From positions 30,690,001 to 30,754,000 of the forward strand of contig NC_043007.1 in the NCBI RefSeq assembly GCF_006345805.1: a DNA stretch of 64,000 bases, given 5' to 3'. The stretch's first letter is position 1. Each line of letters begins with the position of its first letter. This document shows positions 13,912 to 27,400 of the stretch, one piece after another. The position numbers and the translations under genes are program-made. The notes below the pieces were generated by a model, which was not told where the DNA came from, searched no databases, and worked only from the letters and a program-made list of their open reading frames with translations. Source of the stretch: Octopus sinensis (taxonomy: Eukaryota).

Positions 13912-14105
13912 GAGAGGGAGAGCATGTATCTAGGGCATTAATTAAACGGAATATATGAAAGCTGCTCAGATAATAAGCATTATCACATTTCTCGTATTTA
14001 ATGACTTGTTTGGTCGGAATTCACGAACAGACATTCATGCTCTCCGTTTTTCGTTTAATAACGAACCGAACAATACAACAACTCTGTCTATGTTCGTACA
14101 CACAT

Positions 14106-14195
<90 letters not shown>

Positions 14196-14234
14196 TAATA
14201 TATATGTGTGTGTGTGTATAAGTATTTAAAGGTA

Positions 14235-14610
14235 TTCTTTTACTCTCTTACTTGTTTCAGTCATTTTACTGCGGCCATGCTGTAGCACCGTCCATAGTCG
14301 AACAAATCGATCCCCCCCAGGACTTATTCTTTGTAAGCCTAGTTCTCAATTTATCGTGCTCTTTTGCCGAACTGCTATGTTACGGGAACGTAAACACGCC
14401 AACACTGGTTGTCAAAGCGATGGTGGGGCGACAAACACACACACAAATATATATATATATATATCAATTTCCGTCTAACAAATCCACTCACCAGACTATG
14501 GTCGGCCCGAGGCTATAGTAAAAGACACTTGCCCAACGTGCCACGCAGTGGGACTGAACCCAGAACCGCGTGGTTGGCAAGCAAGCTACTTACCACACAG
14601 CCACTCCTGT
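14235..14610 (-). mobile_element. SINE family B, full length
   Basis: Reverse complement of 19325-19722. Confidence 0.85.
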
Positions 14611-15295
14611 ATGTGTTTAGAAATATATTTTTATAATTAAGTTGGTGAACGTAAGAGTAACAAAATAAATGAAATATTTCTTTGGTCGCTTTCTTTCCTT
14701 CACTCCTTTGAATTCTCTCTCTCCCTCCCTCCCTCTTCCCCCTCTCTCTCGTTCTCTCTCCCTCCATCTCTGCATTTTACACCTTTTTCCTTAAATTTAG
14801 TGATTTTCACAAATATAAACATTGCTATCTGTCAATCTCTCTCTATGTACGTATCAAACAATCTAAGAATATGCATGTGTATTTATACGTATATACATGT
14901 TTATATACATATTTAAATTCTTACATACATGCTTATTTACATACATACGCACACATTTATAAATATAATATATATACACATATATATGTCATCAGCGCGC
15001 GTCTGTATATGCATATGTATACACGCTGGTGAACGACTGATTCCATGAACGCAAAAATGTATACGTACATACATACATATATGCACACACGCACATACAT
15101 ATATAAACACACACTTGCACATACATACATACAACATACATACATACATACATACATACATACATACATACATACATACATACATACATACATACATAGT
15201 TAATCCAAACAATAACAAATGAAAACACAAAAACGGGAGGACGTGGAACAAGTATAGTGTTATTGGACGGTCAGGAAAGGAAAGAAAGAAGGAGG

Positions 15296-15330
15296 ATTTA
15301 ACGTTTCGAGCGGAGCTCTTCGTCAGAAAC
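15296..15330 (-). ncRNA. Minimal type-I hammerhead ribozyme motif (Penelope-like element terminus), intact core
   Basis: Minus strand: gttt-CTGACGA-a-gagc(tcc)gctc-GAAA-cg-TT-aaat. Stem I gttt/aaat, 4-bp stem II, palindromic AACGTT stem III (dimer-type). Confidence 0.7.
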
Positions 15331-15409
15331 ATAGGAAAAGGAAAGATCCAAGGAAGGGAAGACGGAGAATGAAAATCACCAACGATATACACGCTGTACA
15401 TACACATAT

Positions 15410-15800
15410 AGTGAACCACAAAGGAAAGATCTGTTCCATCGTGGGAATCAGCTGCCCACTGGACATCGATGTGGTTAGAAAGATACAAGAGGACATCTAT
15501 AGACCATTGATGAGGAGTTTGCAAATCCAGGGCCCAAGGTACACTTCCAGATTCATACCTATTATCATTGGGGCAACAGGACCAGCTGTAGCAAAGTATG
15601 GCTGAGCTGGGATTCTTGGGGAGAGAATGCAAATCCTTGATTAATATGCTACGACTGATCGCGATATTGGGAACTGTAAAAATCTGCAAGACGTTCTTAA
15701 GATTTAAAGGATAATGGTTAAAACAAGATCCTATCTTTCACAACCTTACAACCAAGTAGGTGGTTGCCCAAAATTTACTCCACATTAAAAGGAGAAGAGA
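15410..15800 (+). mobile_element. 3' fragment of a related RLE-type LINE
   Basis: KICSIVGISCPLDIDV...RFIPIIIGATG...IAILGTVKICKTFLRFKG* (stop at 15712-15714); homologous to 3860-4266. Confidence 0.75.
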
Positions 15801-16386
15801 AGAACATACATACATGGACGCCAAAATCTTTTTAATCCCGAAAGCTGCACTCAACTTTTGTGCGTTACGTTTCTGATAGTTGAAATGATTCTGGCAAACA
15901 GATCGTTTGAACAAGCGGAAACGTGAAAGTCTAAATTATGATTCAAAACTTTCCACCTTCTAAGCATATTTACACATGCATACATACATACATATAATGA
16001 GACAGAAACAAATACCTAAACATACATAAATATATATATATATATATATATATACCACATGTATATACATAAGCGGTCGTGTGTGTGTGTAAACTGCTGT
16101 CCATCAACACTAGCTCTGCTCCACAGTATCCAATCAATATGTAGAGATATGCCAGTGATATGCCAACTCTGCTTGTCTTACCATCTCTCTCCTCATTTAA
16201 GCCGATTAATTCACTGAACGCTCTTTTATATTATTAATATTATTTTTAATATCTTTCTGTTTGTTGTTCTTGTCCTAGATGTTGTGTTGTTGCAACAATT
16301 TTTGTAGTTGTGCTTGTCTGTTTATTAATATAATTGAGTCTGCTCACCACACACATCCATATACATATATATATATATTATAATAT

Positions 16387-16430
<44 letters not shown>

Positions 16431-16588
16431 ATATAATATATAATATATATATATATATATGCATATATATATATAGGATATGCATATATATATATTTTAC
16501 GTCTGTATGTGCAATTTGTATATGCACATCTGCATGTGTATACATACATATATTTTTTCAATATATATATATGCAGATATGTATATAT

Positions 16589-16638
<50 letters not shown>

Positions 16639-16667
16639 GCGTGTGTGAGTATGTGTGTTAGTATGCA

Positions 16668-16706
<39 letters not shown>

Positions 16707-16737
16707 CATACACATACATGTAGTGCACATAATATTA

Positions 16738-16783
<46 letters not shown>

Positions 16784-17094
16784 ATATATATATGTGTTAT
16801 CATATACTTATATATACAATATATATATGTGTGTTGTGTGTGTGTGTGATGTGTTTTCTTTTGTTTTATTTTCATTTGTTTTCTATCATTGACCCTTTTC
16901 TTGTTTGTTTCTTCTCCAACTCGCTCCCCTACCCCTGTCTTTCATTCCCTCTTCCCCCCTTTCTCTTCTCTGTTTCTGTCTCTCTCTCTCTCTCTCTCTC
17001 TCTCCTTCTCTCTCTCCCTATCTCTCTCTATTATCCTTCCATCTAGAAGTAAGTTAATCAAATGGCCTGGATTTTATCAACACCACTAACCAGG

Positions 17095-17128
<34 letters not shown>

Positions 17129-17383
17129 CCACCACTACCACCACCACCATTGTCATCATAATCATCATCATTATCTTTATCCTCATCATCATTAGTCGTA
17201 TTATTAACTACGACTACTACTACTACTAAAAGAACAACTTCTACTACTACTACTACTGCTGCTGATGATGATGATGATGAGGAGGAGGAGGAGGAGGGGG
17301 AGGAGGAAGAGGAGGCGACTTCGAGATTTTCTGATAGCACTAGTAAGTCATTGGCATCACAATGCAAGATACTTCGAAGAGAA

Positions 17384-17437
<54 letters not shown>

Positions 17438-17442
<5 letters not shown>

Positions 17443-17792
17443 GAGCACTCAGAGAGTGCAAACCTCTGCCAAAGCAACACCAATGTCCTCTTAACGATTA
17501 GCCAGAAAGGATTTTTTTAAATGAGATCATCTGAAATAAACTCGAGTGCTCTCACAAACGAGAATACTAAGAATGAACCTGACTGCTCTTAAAAAGTAAA
17601 TAAAAGAAAAAAAACAGAGAAATAATCCAGAATCCTTGTCCTGCACCGGATCGATCCCAAAATCTAATAAGTTCGTGCTAGTCATGAGGTCAAGCATCCC
17701 TGAAGGTTTCATCCGAATCCATTCAGCAGTTCTTGAGATATCTACGGACAAACAAACAAACAAACGTTACTGAAAACAATACCTCCGCCTTA

Positions 17793-17797
<5 letters not shown>
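17438..17797 (-). mobile_element. Helentron-associated (HINE/DINE-1-like) non-autonomous element inserted in (TAA)n
   Basis: ACCTC(C/T)GCC motif near both ends (17462, 17781), terminal hairpin GCACTC-AGA-GAGTGC (17445-17459), internal (CAAA)n. Confidence 0.7.
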
Positions 17798-17835
<38 letters not shown>

Positions 17836-17935
17836 TAATAATAATAATCATTTCTACTAAAAGCACAAGGCCTGGAATTTGTGGGGGGGGGACTAGTCAA
17901 TTACATCGATCCCCAGCGCTCGATAAATGGTAGGC

Positions 17936-18390
17936 GACAGCAAATATTCTGCTCAATACCACAGATTTGCTTGTCAGTTGTTTGACCATAACCAGTTGAG
18001 CATGTCCCTTAGTGGCTGACGATATGTGCATCTCTGATCACAAGCAGAAGTAGTGGGGGAGCATCATAGCCATGAGTTGAGAGGGATTCTTTGGGGTTTG
18101 AATAATTCACCTATGGAAACATGGGTGTTTCGTTCATTGCCCTTAATCATGGATCTTTTGAGTGAGATGGGCTATTCGACCTGAAGAAAATTCTAACTGG
18201 GCCCCACCTGCAAGGTCATGCGCTGTTAATCTTGTTATGAGATCACCATATCGCGCACATATGGTTGTGACGCATGTGTCTGGTGTACCCTTATCAGGCG
18301 GGTAGTCATGATGGGTGTATTGGGATTCATATATTTGTATCCCAATGTCACTTTGATGACATGCACTTCTCTCTCACTCAATAATAATGA
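17936..18390 (+). mobile_element. Interspersed repeat ending in an (AAT)n tail (probable retroposon 3' region)
   Basis: Higher-GC block ending ctctcactc-aataataat; recognised from memory as a common octopus repeat; family not assignable here. Confidence 0.5.
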
Positions 18391-18524
18391 TGAAGATGAT
18401 GATGATGATGATGATAATGATAATGTTTCTTTATTAGCCACACTTGGCTGCACACAGACGGGACAGATTACAAAGTAGAGCTTTTCTTTTTGGGGGAGAG
18501 AAAAAAAAGGTGCGGTAATAATAA

Positions 18525-18930
18525 CCCTTTTACCATGGGCACAAGGCCAACGGTTTCAGGAGGGGGAAGTTAGTGGATCAGATTGACCCCAGTACTTGAC
18601 TGGTACTTTATTTTATAGACTCTTGAGCAAATGAAAGACAAAGTTGATTTCAACAGGATTTGAACTCAGAACGTTAAGGAGGTGGGTATAAATAAAGTAA
18701 AACATTTTTCCGATGCTCCAATGTTCCTCTTAATCCATCTTCCTAAACAATTTTTGATTTAGTCATCAGGCCAGCAGAGCTTCTTTTTTTGCGGGAAGTC
18801 GACCCTAGTACTCGACTGGTATTCTTTTTGATCACCCAACCCGATGGATGAACATAAAAATTGACCTCGAAGGGATTTGAACTTAAAATGTAAAGAACCG
18901 GGAAGAAATATCGCAAAGCTCCAACGATTT
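18525..18930 (-). mobile_element. Two degenerate SINE family A copies
   Basis: ggcacaaggcc, gaccccagtacttgactggtac and ggatttgaactcagaacgt motifs, repeated twice. Confidence 0.65.
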
Positions 18931-19324
18931 CTCCAATCGATAATAATGATTCGTCGTTTTTTGCCACAAGGGCAAATAATGAGGAACACGTTACGAAACG
19001 GTGGCGGTTTGTACTGAAATCGAATGAAATGTAATATCGTGTGACGATAACCAGCACAGTATAGCAAATAGAGTAATGCCCTTAAAAGGAAGTTGCTAAG
19101 TAGAGCCAATCAAAGTGCTCTTTACATCCACTTACCCTATCTAATGTCGTCTGCCAGCTCTCAATAACCCGGCTGAGTTGCTCATGTTGACCGCTGATGA
19201 ACTCATTCTGTATCAGAAGCACGAATTTACAAATGTTGGAATATAAAGCTTCATTCGATGTTGCCGATTACATAACTGGTATTGTCATACTAGCGCTGTC
19301 GTTCGTATTTAGCTCTATATATTA

Positions 19325-19722
19325 GGCACAGGAGTAGCTGTGTGGTAAGTAGCTTGCTTACCAACCACATGGTTCCGGGTTCATTCCCACTGCGTGGCAC
19401 CTTGGGCAAGTGTCTTCTACTATAGCCTCGGCCCGACCAAAGCCATGCGAGTGGATTTGGTAGGCGGAAACTGAAAGAAGCCCGTTGTATATATGTATGT
19501 GTGTGTATATGTTTGTGTGTCTGTGTTTGTCCCCCCAACATCGCTTGACAACCGATGGTGGTGTGTTTACGTCCCCGTAACTTAGCGGTACGGCAAAAGA
19601 GATCGATAGAATAAGTACTAGGCTTTCAAAGAATAAGTCCTGGGGTCGATTTGCTCGACTAAAGGCGGTGCTCAAGCATGGCCGCAGTCAAATGACAGAA
19701 ACAAGTAAAAGAGAGTAAAGAG
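19325..19722 (+). mobile_element. SINE family B, full length (tRNA-like head, CORE-like ccttgggcaagt, internal (TG)n)
   Basis: TAGCTGTGTGG A box, GGTTCATTCCC B box, 3' end ggcggtgctc.agcatggccgcagtcaaatgac; many copies in the window. Confidence 0.9.
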
Positions 19723-20998
19723 TATGTGTATCACAGCAGCCATGTTGTTGCCCGTCTTATAATCTCACATTTAACCGCGATCGTCTTCTCCAATATGTTT
19801 TTGTTATATTTGCAATAACGGTTGGATGTGATTAGCTACAGTCACGAGCAAATCGTGTGGCCAGGCAGAGGCTACCTTCTTAGTTCGAACTAAAATTATT
19901 GAACACTGAAGGAAACATGGTGGAAGATAAAGCCAGGTCTGGTTTTGTCGCATCGATGATGTAGTCGAGAATATAGGTTATCGTATATTCCTCATATTTA
20001 TTTTATCGATTTTGTAAAGATAAAACGCTCACACTGCGTCCCGTTGGGAGTCGAACCCGGTCTCTATATTAGCAATAAAAATACTATGAAGTTCTTTGTG
20101 CTTTATAACACCACCCCCCCCTTCATCTACTTCTAAAACACCACCCACCCCTCCACTCTCCCCGCCTTCGTGTGGTAATTGATGGTGTCAGCTCCACAGC
20201 AATTTTGATAGAAGCAACAGACTTACAATCAAAGGACTCTCCAACAACGACCATCCCGACTTAATGTCCCAGGGTTCCCCATAAGATTCCGTTCTTCGTT
20301 CAGTTCTGCGCATTTTTTGTTGTTGATTATCCCAGCTAAACTATGACCCCCCCCCCCCACTCAGTGTATATTAAACTGCAGCTGCTGTAGATTACACAAG
20401 GAATTGCGAGTACAATGAGTTTTGTCCCTTAAAGCTACGTCCAGTACGTCCAGAATTTCGTCCAGAGAATAATACAAGTCCACAGCAATCCACTTCCACA
20501 TTGTCATCTACCCGACATAACCCGTTACTGCACTTAACGATCTCTCTTATATAACCATCAACCCGTTTCTTAAGACGACAAGGTGCCAACGGAAGAAGAT
20601 TTGACTACTATTTCTAGCAGGTCAAGCGACCATTCTATCATTTTCTCGATGGTCTGAAGAGATCAATCAACTTACGTGGCGTTATTCCCGCGACGGTCGT
20701 CAGCCCTATCAGCAGCCGACGGCTTTGGGCAAGTGCTGACCAGGGTCTCAGGTTTAACACGAGGTGTGCGTGAATGTGCGTGAATGTGCGTGAATGTGCG
20801 TGTATGCGTGAGTCTTTGTGTGTGCGTATTTGTGTACGTGTGAGTGAGTGTGTGTGTGTGTGTGTGTGTATGTGAGTGTGATAGTGCGGTTAATCACATG
20901 ACTACTAGTAAATATTAAATGAACTGAGGAAATGTGAAAACAGAAGCGAAAGTAAAAAAAAACAATATGGAAGTCTTCCACTTAATTCCTGGGAGTAC

Positions 20999-21325
20999 AA
21001 CACACACACACACACGCTTACACACACTTACACACACACACACACGCTTACACACGCTTACACACACACACACACGCTTACACACGCTTACACACACACA
21101 CACACGCTTACACACACTTACACACACACACGCTTACACACACTTACACACACACACACACGCTTACACACACTTACACACACACACACACGCTTACACA
21201 CACTTACACACACACACACACGCTTACACACACTTACACACACACACACACGCTTACACACGCTTACACACACACACACACGCTTACACACACTTACACA
21301 CACACACACACACACACATACACAC
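20999..21325. repeat. ~30-bp minisatellite built on (CA)n: (CA)n-CGCTTA-CACACA-CTTA
   Basis: About ten homogeneous units. Confidence 0.85.
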
Positions 21326-22200
21326 ATTTATAATGTGTGACGAAGCAGAGTTACAGTTTTTCTCACGTTGTTTATTTTATTAATATTGTTGTACTTTAGC
21401 TGTGAATTAATGTATCTGTGGAATAAGTCAGTTCGGCGACAGTGGCCACATTAAATGTCGACATTAACACTTTCTCTGACAGATCATTTCATTATTTAAG
21501 ACATTTTAACCATCAACCATTCCATTTATTCCACACACTTTCTCACTTTTTGTCCTTTCTCTTCGAGTTTTATGTTTAGTGCTGGTTGTTGTTGCCTTTT
21601 GCTATTAATTTGTTGTTGTTGTTGTTGTTGTCGGTGTTGTTTCCCTTTGTTTTAAATTTTCATATTTCTTTTACGATTCATTTCCACCATTTTGTTTGAG
21701 TATCTTTTATTAATTATTTCCATAATAATTCTTTACGTTTTTTTGTTTGTTTGTTTGTTTTTGATATAATGGTCATCAATCTTATTGACTCTTAATGTCG
21801 TTGATGTTATTGTAATTGTCGTTGACGTTGTTGTTGTTGTTGTTGTTGTTGTGAGGTTGGGGTGGGGTGGGGGTAGTCGTCGTCGCAGCTTTTATTCCTG
21901 ATTTCACTTCTCATCTGGCAGACTTTCTAGCATAGGGTTCCAACAATGACCACCATCCGGTTTTATTTTACTACAATTACTCCATAACAACGTGACACAT
22001 CAATGTGTCCTTCCCTTTTTACAGAAGTAGACGTTTGAATACAGAGAGGTTTAGCCGCTATTCCTAGCAATTCAAATGATCGCCTAAGAGCTCAATATTG
22101 CTCGGTTGCCACGGTTGTGTTGCTGCTGCAATTGGTGGTGGTGGTGGTGGTGGTGGTCATGGTGGTGGTAATGATGATGATGATGATGGTGGTGGTGGTA

Positions 22201-22233
<33 letters not shown>

Positions 22234-22406
22234 GTGGTAGTGTTGGTGGTAGTGGTTGTGGTGGTGGTGGTTGTGGTGGTGGTTGTGGTGGTGATGGTAG
22301 TGGTCATGATGATCATGGTGGTGGTAATGATGATGATGATGATGATGATGATATTGGTGGGGGTGGGGATGGGGGTAGTGATGGTGGTAATGATGATGAA
22401 GATGAC

Positions 22407-22439
<33 letters not shown>

Positions 22440-22827
22440 AATGATGATGTTGTAATTGTTAGATTAAATTGCTGCTGCTTTTCTTGCTTTTTTTGTTGTT
22501 GTAGCTGTTGTTGTTAATGCTGGTAGTGATTGTGTGGTGGGGGATGTAAATACTATACTTGTTGTTGTTGTTGTTGTTGTTGATGCTGCCGTTCTAGTTT
22601 TTCTGATTGATTGGTGGTGGTCATGTTTGTATTGTAGTTGTTGTTGCTGGTGTTGCAGTGGTTGCTGCAGTTGTTGTAATGGTTGTTGTTTTTGTCGTGG
22701 TCTCTATACTTCTTGCTGCGGCAGTAACTATCATTGTTATTTATACAACCGTTGCTATAGCAACAGCTTTTGTTGTTGTTGCTGCTGTTGTTGTTGGTAT
22801 AGTTAATTAATCATAGAGCCGATATTA

Positions 22828-23003
22828 GTTTCAAATTTTGGCACAAGGCCAGCAATTTCGATAGATGGGGGTAAATCGATTGCATCGACACCAAATGTCA
22901 ACTGGTACTATTTTATCGACCTCAAAAGAATAAAAGGAAAAGCCGACTTCAGAACGTAAAGACGAACGAAATGCAGCCAAGCATTTTGTCCGGCCTGCTA
23001 AGG
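22828..23003 (-). mobile_element. Degenerate SINE family A
   Basis: ggcacaaggccagcaattt..actggtacta ttttatcgacc..cagaacgtaaagacg. Confidence 0.7.
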
Positions 23004-23485
23004 ACTTGAAACATAAAATAAATATATAGACATTACAGTATAGAACTAAATATATAAATATAGCAGTCCCGCAACAAATATATTGAAATAGCTGGACCGC
23101 AGTAAATAAGCTGATATAGTAATACTGCAGTAAATAATAGATGTTCATATAGCAATCGTACGTGAATCACTAAGCCATTGCAACAAAGCAGTATACATAC
23201 ATACGCAAATCACATAAATATATATACACTCGTATGTATGTGTGCATGTATGTGTGTGTGTGCGTGTGTGTGTGTAAATGTATACTGCGGTACTGCAATA
23301 ATATATAGATATACTAAGGATTATATAGATTTGAATATTGTCAGTAATCTCTGGTACCTGTGTATATAAAAGTATAAACATATAATATACATGTTTACTT
23401 ACATAATACATATGTATATATATATATATATATATATATTAGATATATATATATATTAATATATATAATATATATATATATATAC

Positions 23486-23525
<40 letters not shown>

Positions 23526-23667
23526 ACATTTTTAACAAACTTATTAGCTAGCGCCAAGTGAGTCGGTATTCTACAAGTGAATTCATTCGAGACCGTTTAT
23601 GGAATCTAATTGCTGCGTGGAAGATGAGTTTTAACCATTTAAAAACATATAACGATTATTGATTTCG

Positions 23668-23708
23668 CGTAAATATTTCGTCACATTCTCTGCGACCTGG
23701 TCACTGAC
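23668..23708 (-). ncRNA. Highly degenerate hammerhead-like motif in a (TA)n-flanked remnant (~23520-23830)
   Basis: Minus: GTGACCA-g-gtcgca(gagaa)tgtgac-GAAA-tatt (AATATT palindrome); core badly mutated. Confidence 0.3.
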
Positions 23709-24112
23709 ATAGTTCCACAGATTCTGTGTAGCAAAACTGTTGTGTTGTGGAGGTATGTCGCAGTTGGTGCAATGGAATTTTCACACTAAATAATAAATGT
23801 TTATATGAAATTAAGCTTTTGTTCGTTTTGATGGATGGATGTGCTCTCCCCTTTAAATGTAAATATGTGTATGTCTGTGTCTGGGTTTGTGTCTATCTGT
23901 GTGTCTGTGTGGTTTTATAATGTATATTTATATATAAATATATATACGTGTATATATTTATACTTGTATGCATATAAATATATAAATATATTTATTTCCC
24001 AACTTTAGTCAACACACAAGACACCTATTATGCTCTCCCCCACAACGTGGACTCCGCTGAGACTAGTAAGAAAGAATTATGAACTTTTTTATTACACTTA
24101 ACTTTTAAAAAT

Positions 24113-24157
24113 ATTTTTGATAAGGTTCGTTTTTTCAAGAACCGAAACACGTAAAAT
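24113..24157 (+). ncRNA. Degenerate minimal hammerhead motif
   Basis: attt-TTGATAA-ggttc...gaacc-GAAA-cacg-TA-aaat. Stems I and II intact; core two transitions from CTGATGA. Confidence 0.5.
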
Positions 24158-24211
24158 TTCTATAAAAATTAAAATTTATCTTATATTAGTGGTGTTTTCA
24201 GACTTCTTTTT

Positions 24212-24255
<44 letters not shown>

Positions 24256-25053
24256 CCACACATACACACACACGCATATGTAGATATACATGTTAGTGTA
24301 CATATGTGTATATTGTATGATTGATTGATTCTAGTTTCAGCTTATGAGCTGTGGCCATGCTAGGGCCACCGCCATTTGGTGTTGCTACTTGGTTTCACTT
24401 CATATATATATAGATATATATATATATATATATATAGATTATACATACATATATATATATAGATTTATAACATATATATATATATAATATATATCTATAT
24501 ATATTTATACTATATATATATATATATATCTATACATATATATTAATATAATATATATTATACTATATATATATATAATGATATATATTTTATACATACA
24601 TATATATAGTATATATATTTATACATATATATATTATATATATATTGTACATGTCATATAATATATCATACATAGATATATATAATATATATATATTATG
24701 TAGACGTATATTATATATATATATTTTATACGCTATATATATATATATTTATACATATATATATATATATATATATTTATACATATATATATATTATATA
24801 TTTATACATATATATATATATATATATATATTTATACATATATATATATAATATAATTTATACATATATATATATAGATATAATATACATATCATATATA
24901 TATATATTTTATACATATATATATAATATATATTATATATATATATAAGATTTATATATATATATATTTTATTATATATATATGTGAATATAATGTGGTA
25001 TATATAATATAAAATGTATATATTTATACATAAATAATATATATGCTTATATA

Positions 25054-25103
<50 letters not shown>

Positions 25104-25601
25104 ATATTTATATATTTATATATTTATATATTTTATGTATGTATATGTGTATACAATCATAAGTATATACCTGCATACACGCACACTCGTACGAACGCAC
25201 GTGCTATTTCGCTATGTAAGTGTGTATTCGTATGATCGTGCGTGCGTGTGTGTGTGTTTATGATGTATGTATATATACGTGTGCGTGTTTGCGTGTATTA
25301 ACCTATTTATTCAGTGAATTTATATCACATATTTATTTATTAAACCAACTTACCGTACAATCCCACTCCCCCCCCCCCCCCCCACCCAGAAAAAATAGCA
25401 AAAATAGAGAAAAAAAAGTGGTGGGGAGAGTGAAAATATGAAAACAAGGAATTTGGCAAAACGGCGTCTTTGAATCGTAAACTGAAGATCATTTTTGAAA
25501 TTCTTTTGCAATTCTACGTTTGAGGTCGAAAGTGTCTCATTTCTCTTGGAAATTACCAACAACAACAATCCAACTTTTTGCCTTCTACGCAGCACAAGCG
25601 G

Positions 25602-25635
<34 letters not shown>

Positions 25636-26182
25636 CTTTCTTTCTCTCTCGCCCTTTTCTCTTGTTTTCTATCTCTCCGTCTATTTTTCTCTCTCTGTTC
25701 TCTCTTCCTCTCTCTCTCTCTCTCTCTCTCTCTTTCGTTCTCTCTATTCTCTACTTCTCCTCTTCCCTCCTTTCCAGTTCCACCCTCTCCTTACATAAAT
25801 GCTTTCCCCTTTCGGTATTTCTCCTTTTCTAAATCTTGTAATCACGGTTTACCGCCATTCGTTCAATCCCTTTCCAACTTTGGTACAATCTACTCACTGA
25901 CGACTGCTAAGTAAAGCATTTAGCTACGACAAAGTCTCACGTCTATAATACAATGTGTAGGCCATGTTGAGACAATTAACATTAACCATACAAACACCAA
26001 TGAAAAGCTTCCTTTAAGAAGAGGGGATAACTTCAATGCGATCATTTGTTAGAAATTTCTTTGTATAGTTGTAGATTGTCGCTGATGTGATAATGTATAA
26101 AGCCAACAGGTGAAAGGAATAGACATGTTTCGATATTCAGTAAGGCATAACCTTCTCAGCTGGCGAGACTGAGAGACGACCG

Positions 26183-26226
<44 letters not shown>

Positions 26227-26531
26227 CACACACACACACACACTCACACACACATGCACACACACCACATAAGCATATGTAATGTATGTATCTTTTCTAT
26301 TTTTTATTATCCTTCCACTGAGGAGGGACCCGGATTCCAGCAAAGATACAAGGCTCCATCTTTGGGATGTAGTTAACACAATTAGATTTGGAACATGCAT
26401 GTATGTATGTATTTATGTATGTATGTATGTATGTATGTATGTATGTATGTATGTATGTATGTATGTATGTATGTATGTATGTATGTGCATGTATGTATGC
26501 ATGTATGTATGTATGTATGTATGCATGCATG

Positions 26532-26562
<31 letters not shown>

Positions 26563-27106
26563 TGTATGTATGTATGTGCATGTATGTATGCATGTATGTA
26601 TGTATGTATGTATGTAGGTATGTAGGTATGTAGGTATGTATGTATGTATGTATGTATGTATGTATGTATGTATGTATGTATGGTATGTGTGTGTGTGTGT
26701 ATGTATAAATTGTTATGAATCCAAACAAGCGGAGGAATAGAAGAAACGAAGTTGAAATTGCACAGAGAATAAATTAGAATAAATTAGAATAAATTAGAAT
26801 TTAATTATATTTTAAAATATAGGAATACAGTTATATCTTCACATTAGATTTTCGAAAGTGTAAAGTTTGTGGAGGTGTGTGGCGAATTATGTCTACTCTG
26901 GCTGTTGTTATGAAAATAGTTTGCTTTTAACGTAGGAATGTGGTTCAGAACGATATCCGTTAACGCACGAATTGATTGCTCAACGTTGAAGTATCAAGCT
27001 CATGTGAGAGACGCGCGAAAAGGTCACCGAAAAGTGTTGTGGATAATTAGTCTTTATTATACGAAGAATTGTGATATCAATTAGTGCTCGTGCTCTACCA
27101 TTAGCT

Positions 27107-27400
27107 TAGAAGTTAGGGTATTCGGCTCACGATCGGGAGGTTGTGAGTTCGGTTCCTGGCAAGGCATTTGCTCTTGAGCAAATCATTTTATTTCACGTCT
27201 GCTGGTAAAAATGAGTTGTAACTCTATTTTTCTATGAGTCAGGTTTGTCACATTTCGTATCGCGCTGAATCTCCCTGAGAACTATGTTAAGGGTACGTGT
27301 GTCTGTGGAGTTCTCAGCCACTTGCACGTTAATTTCATGAACAGGCTGTTCCGTTGATCGGATCAGCTGAAACACTCGTCGTCGTAAACGACGGAGGGCC
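27107..27400 (+). mobile_element. tRNA-derived SINE with a different 3' body
   Basis: gttagggtattcggctcacgatc..GAGTTCGGTTCC..ctcttgagcaaa head shared with 36541 and 46015. Confidence 0.55.

Noticed and set aside
22534-22806. Cys-rich metallothionein- or keratin-like ORF
   Set aside because: Product of decayed (TGT/TGC/GTT)n repeats; non-ATG start.
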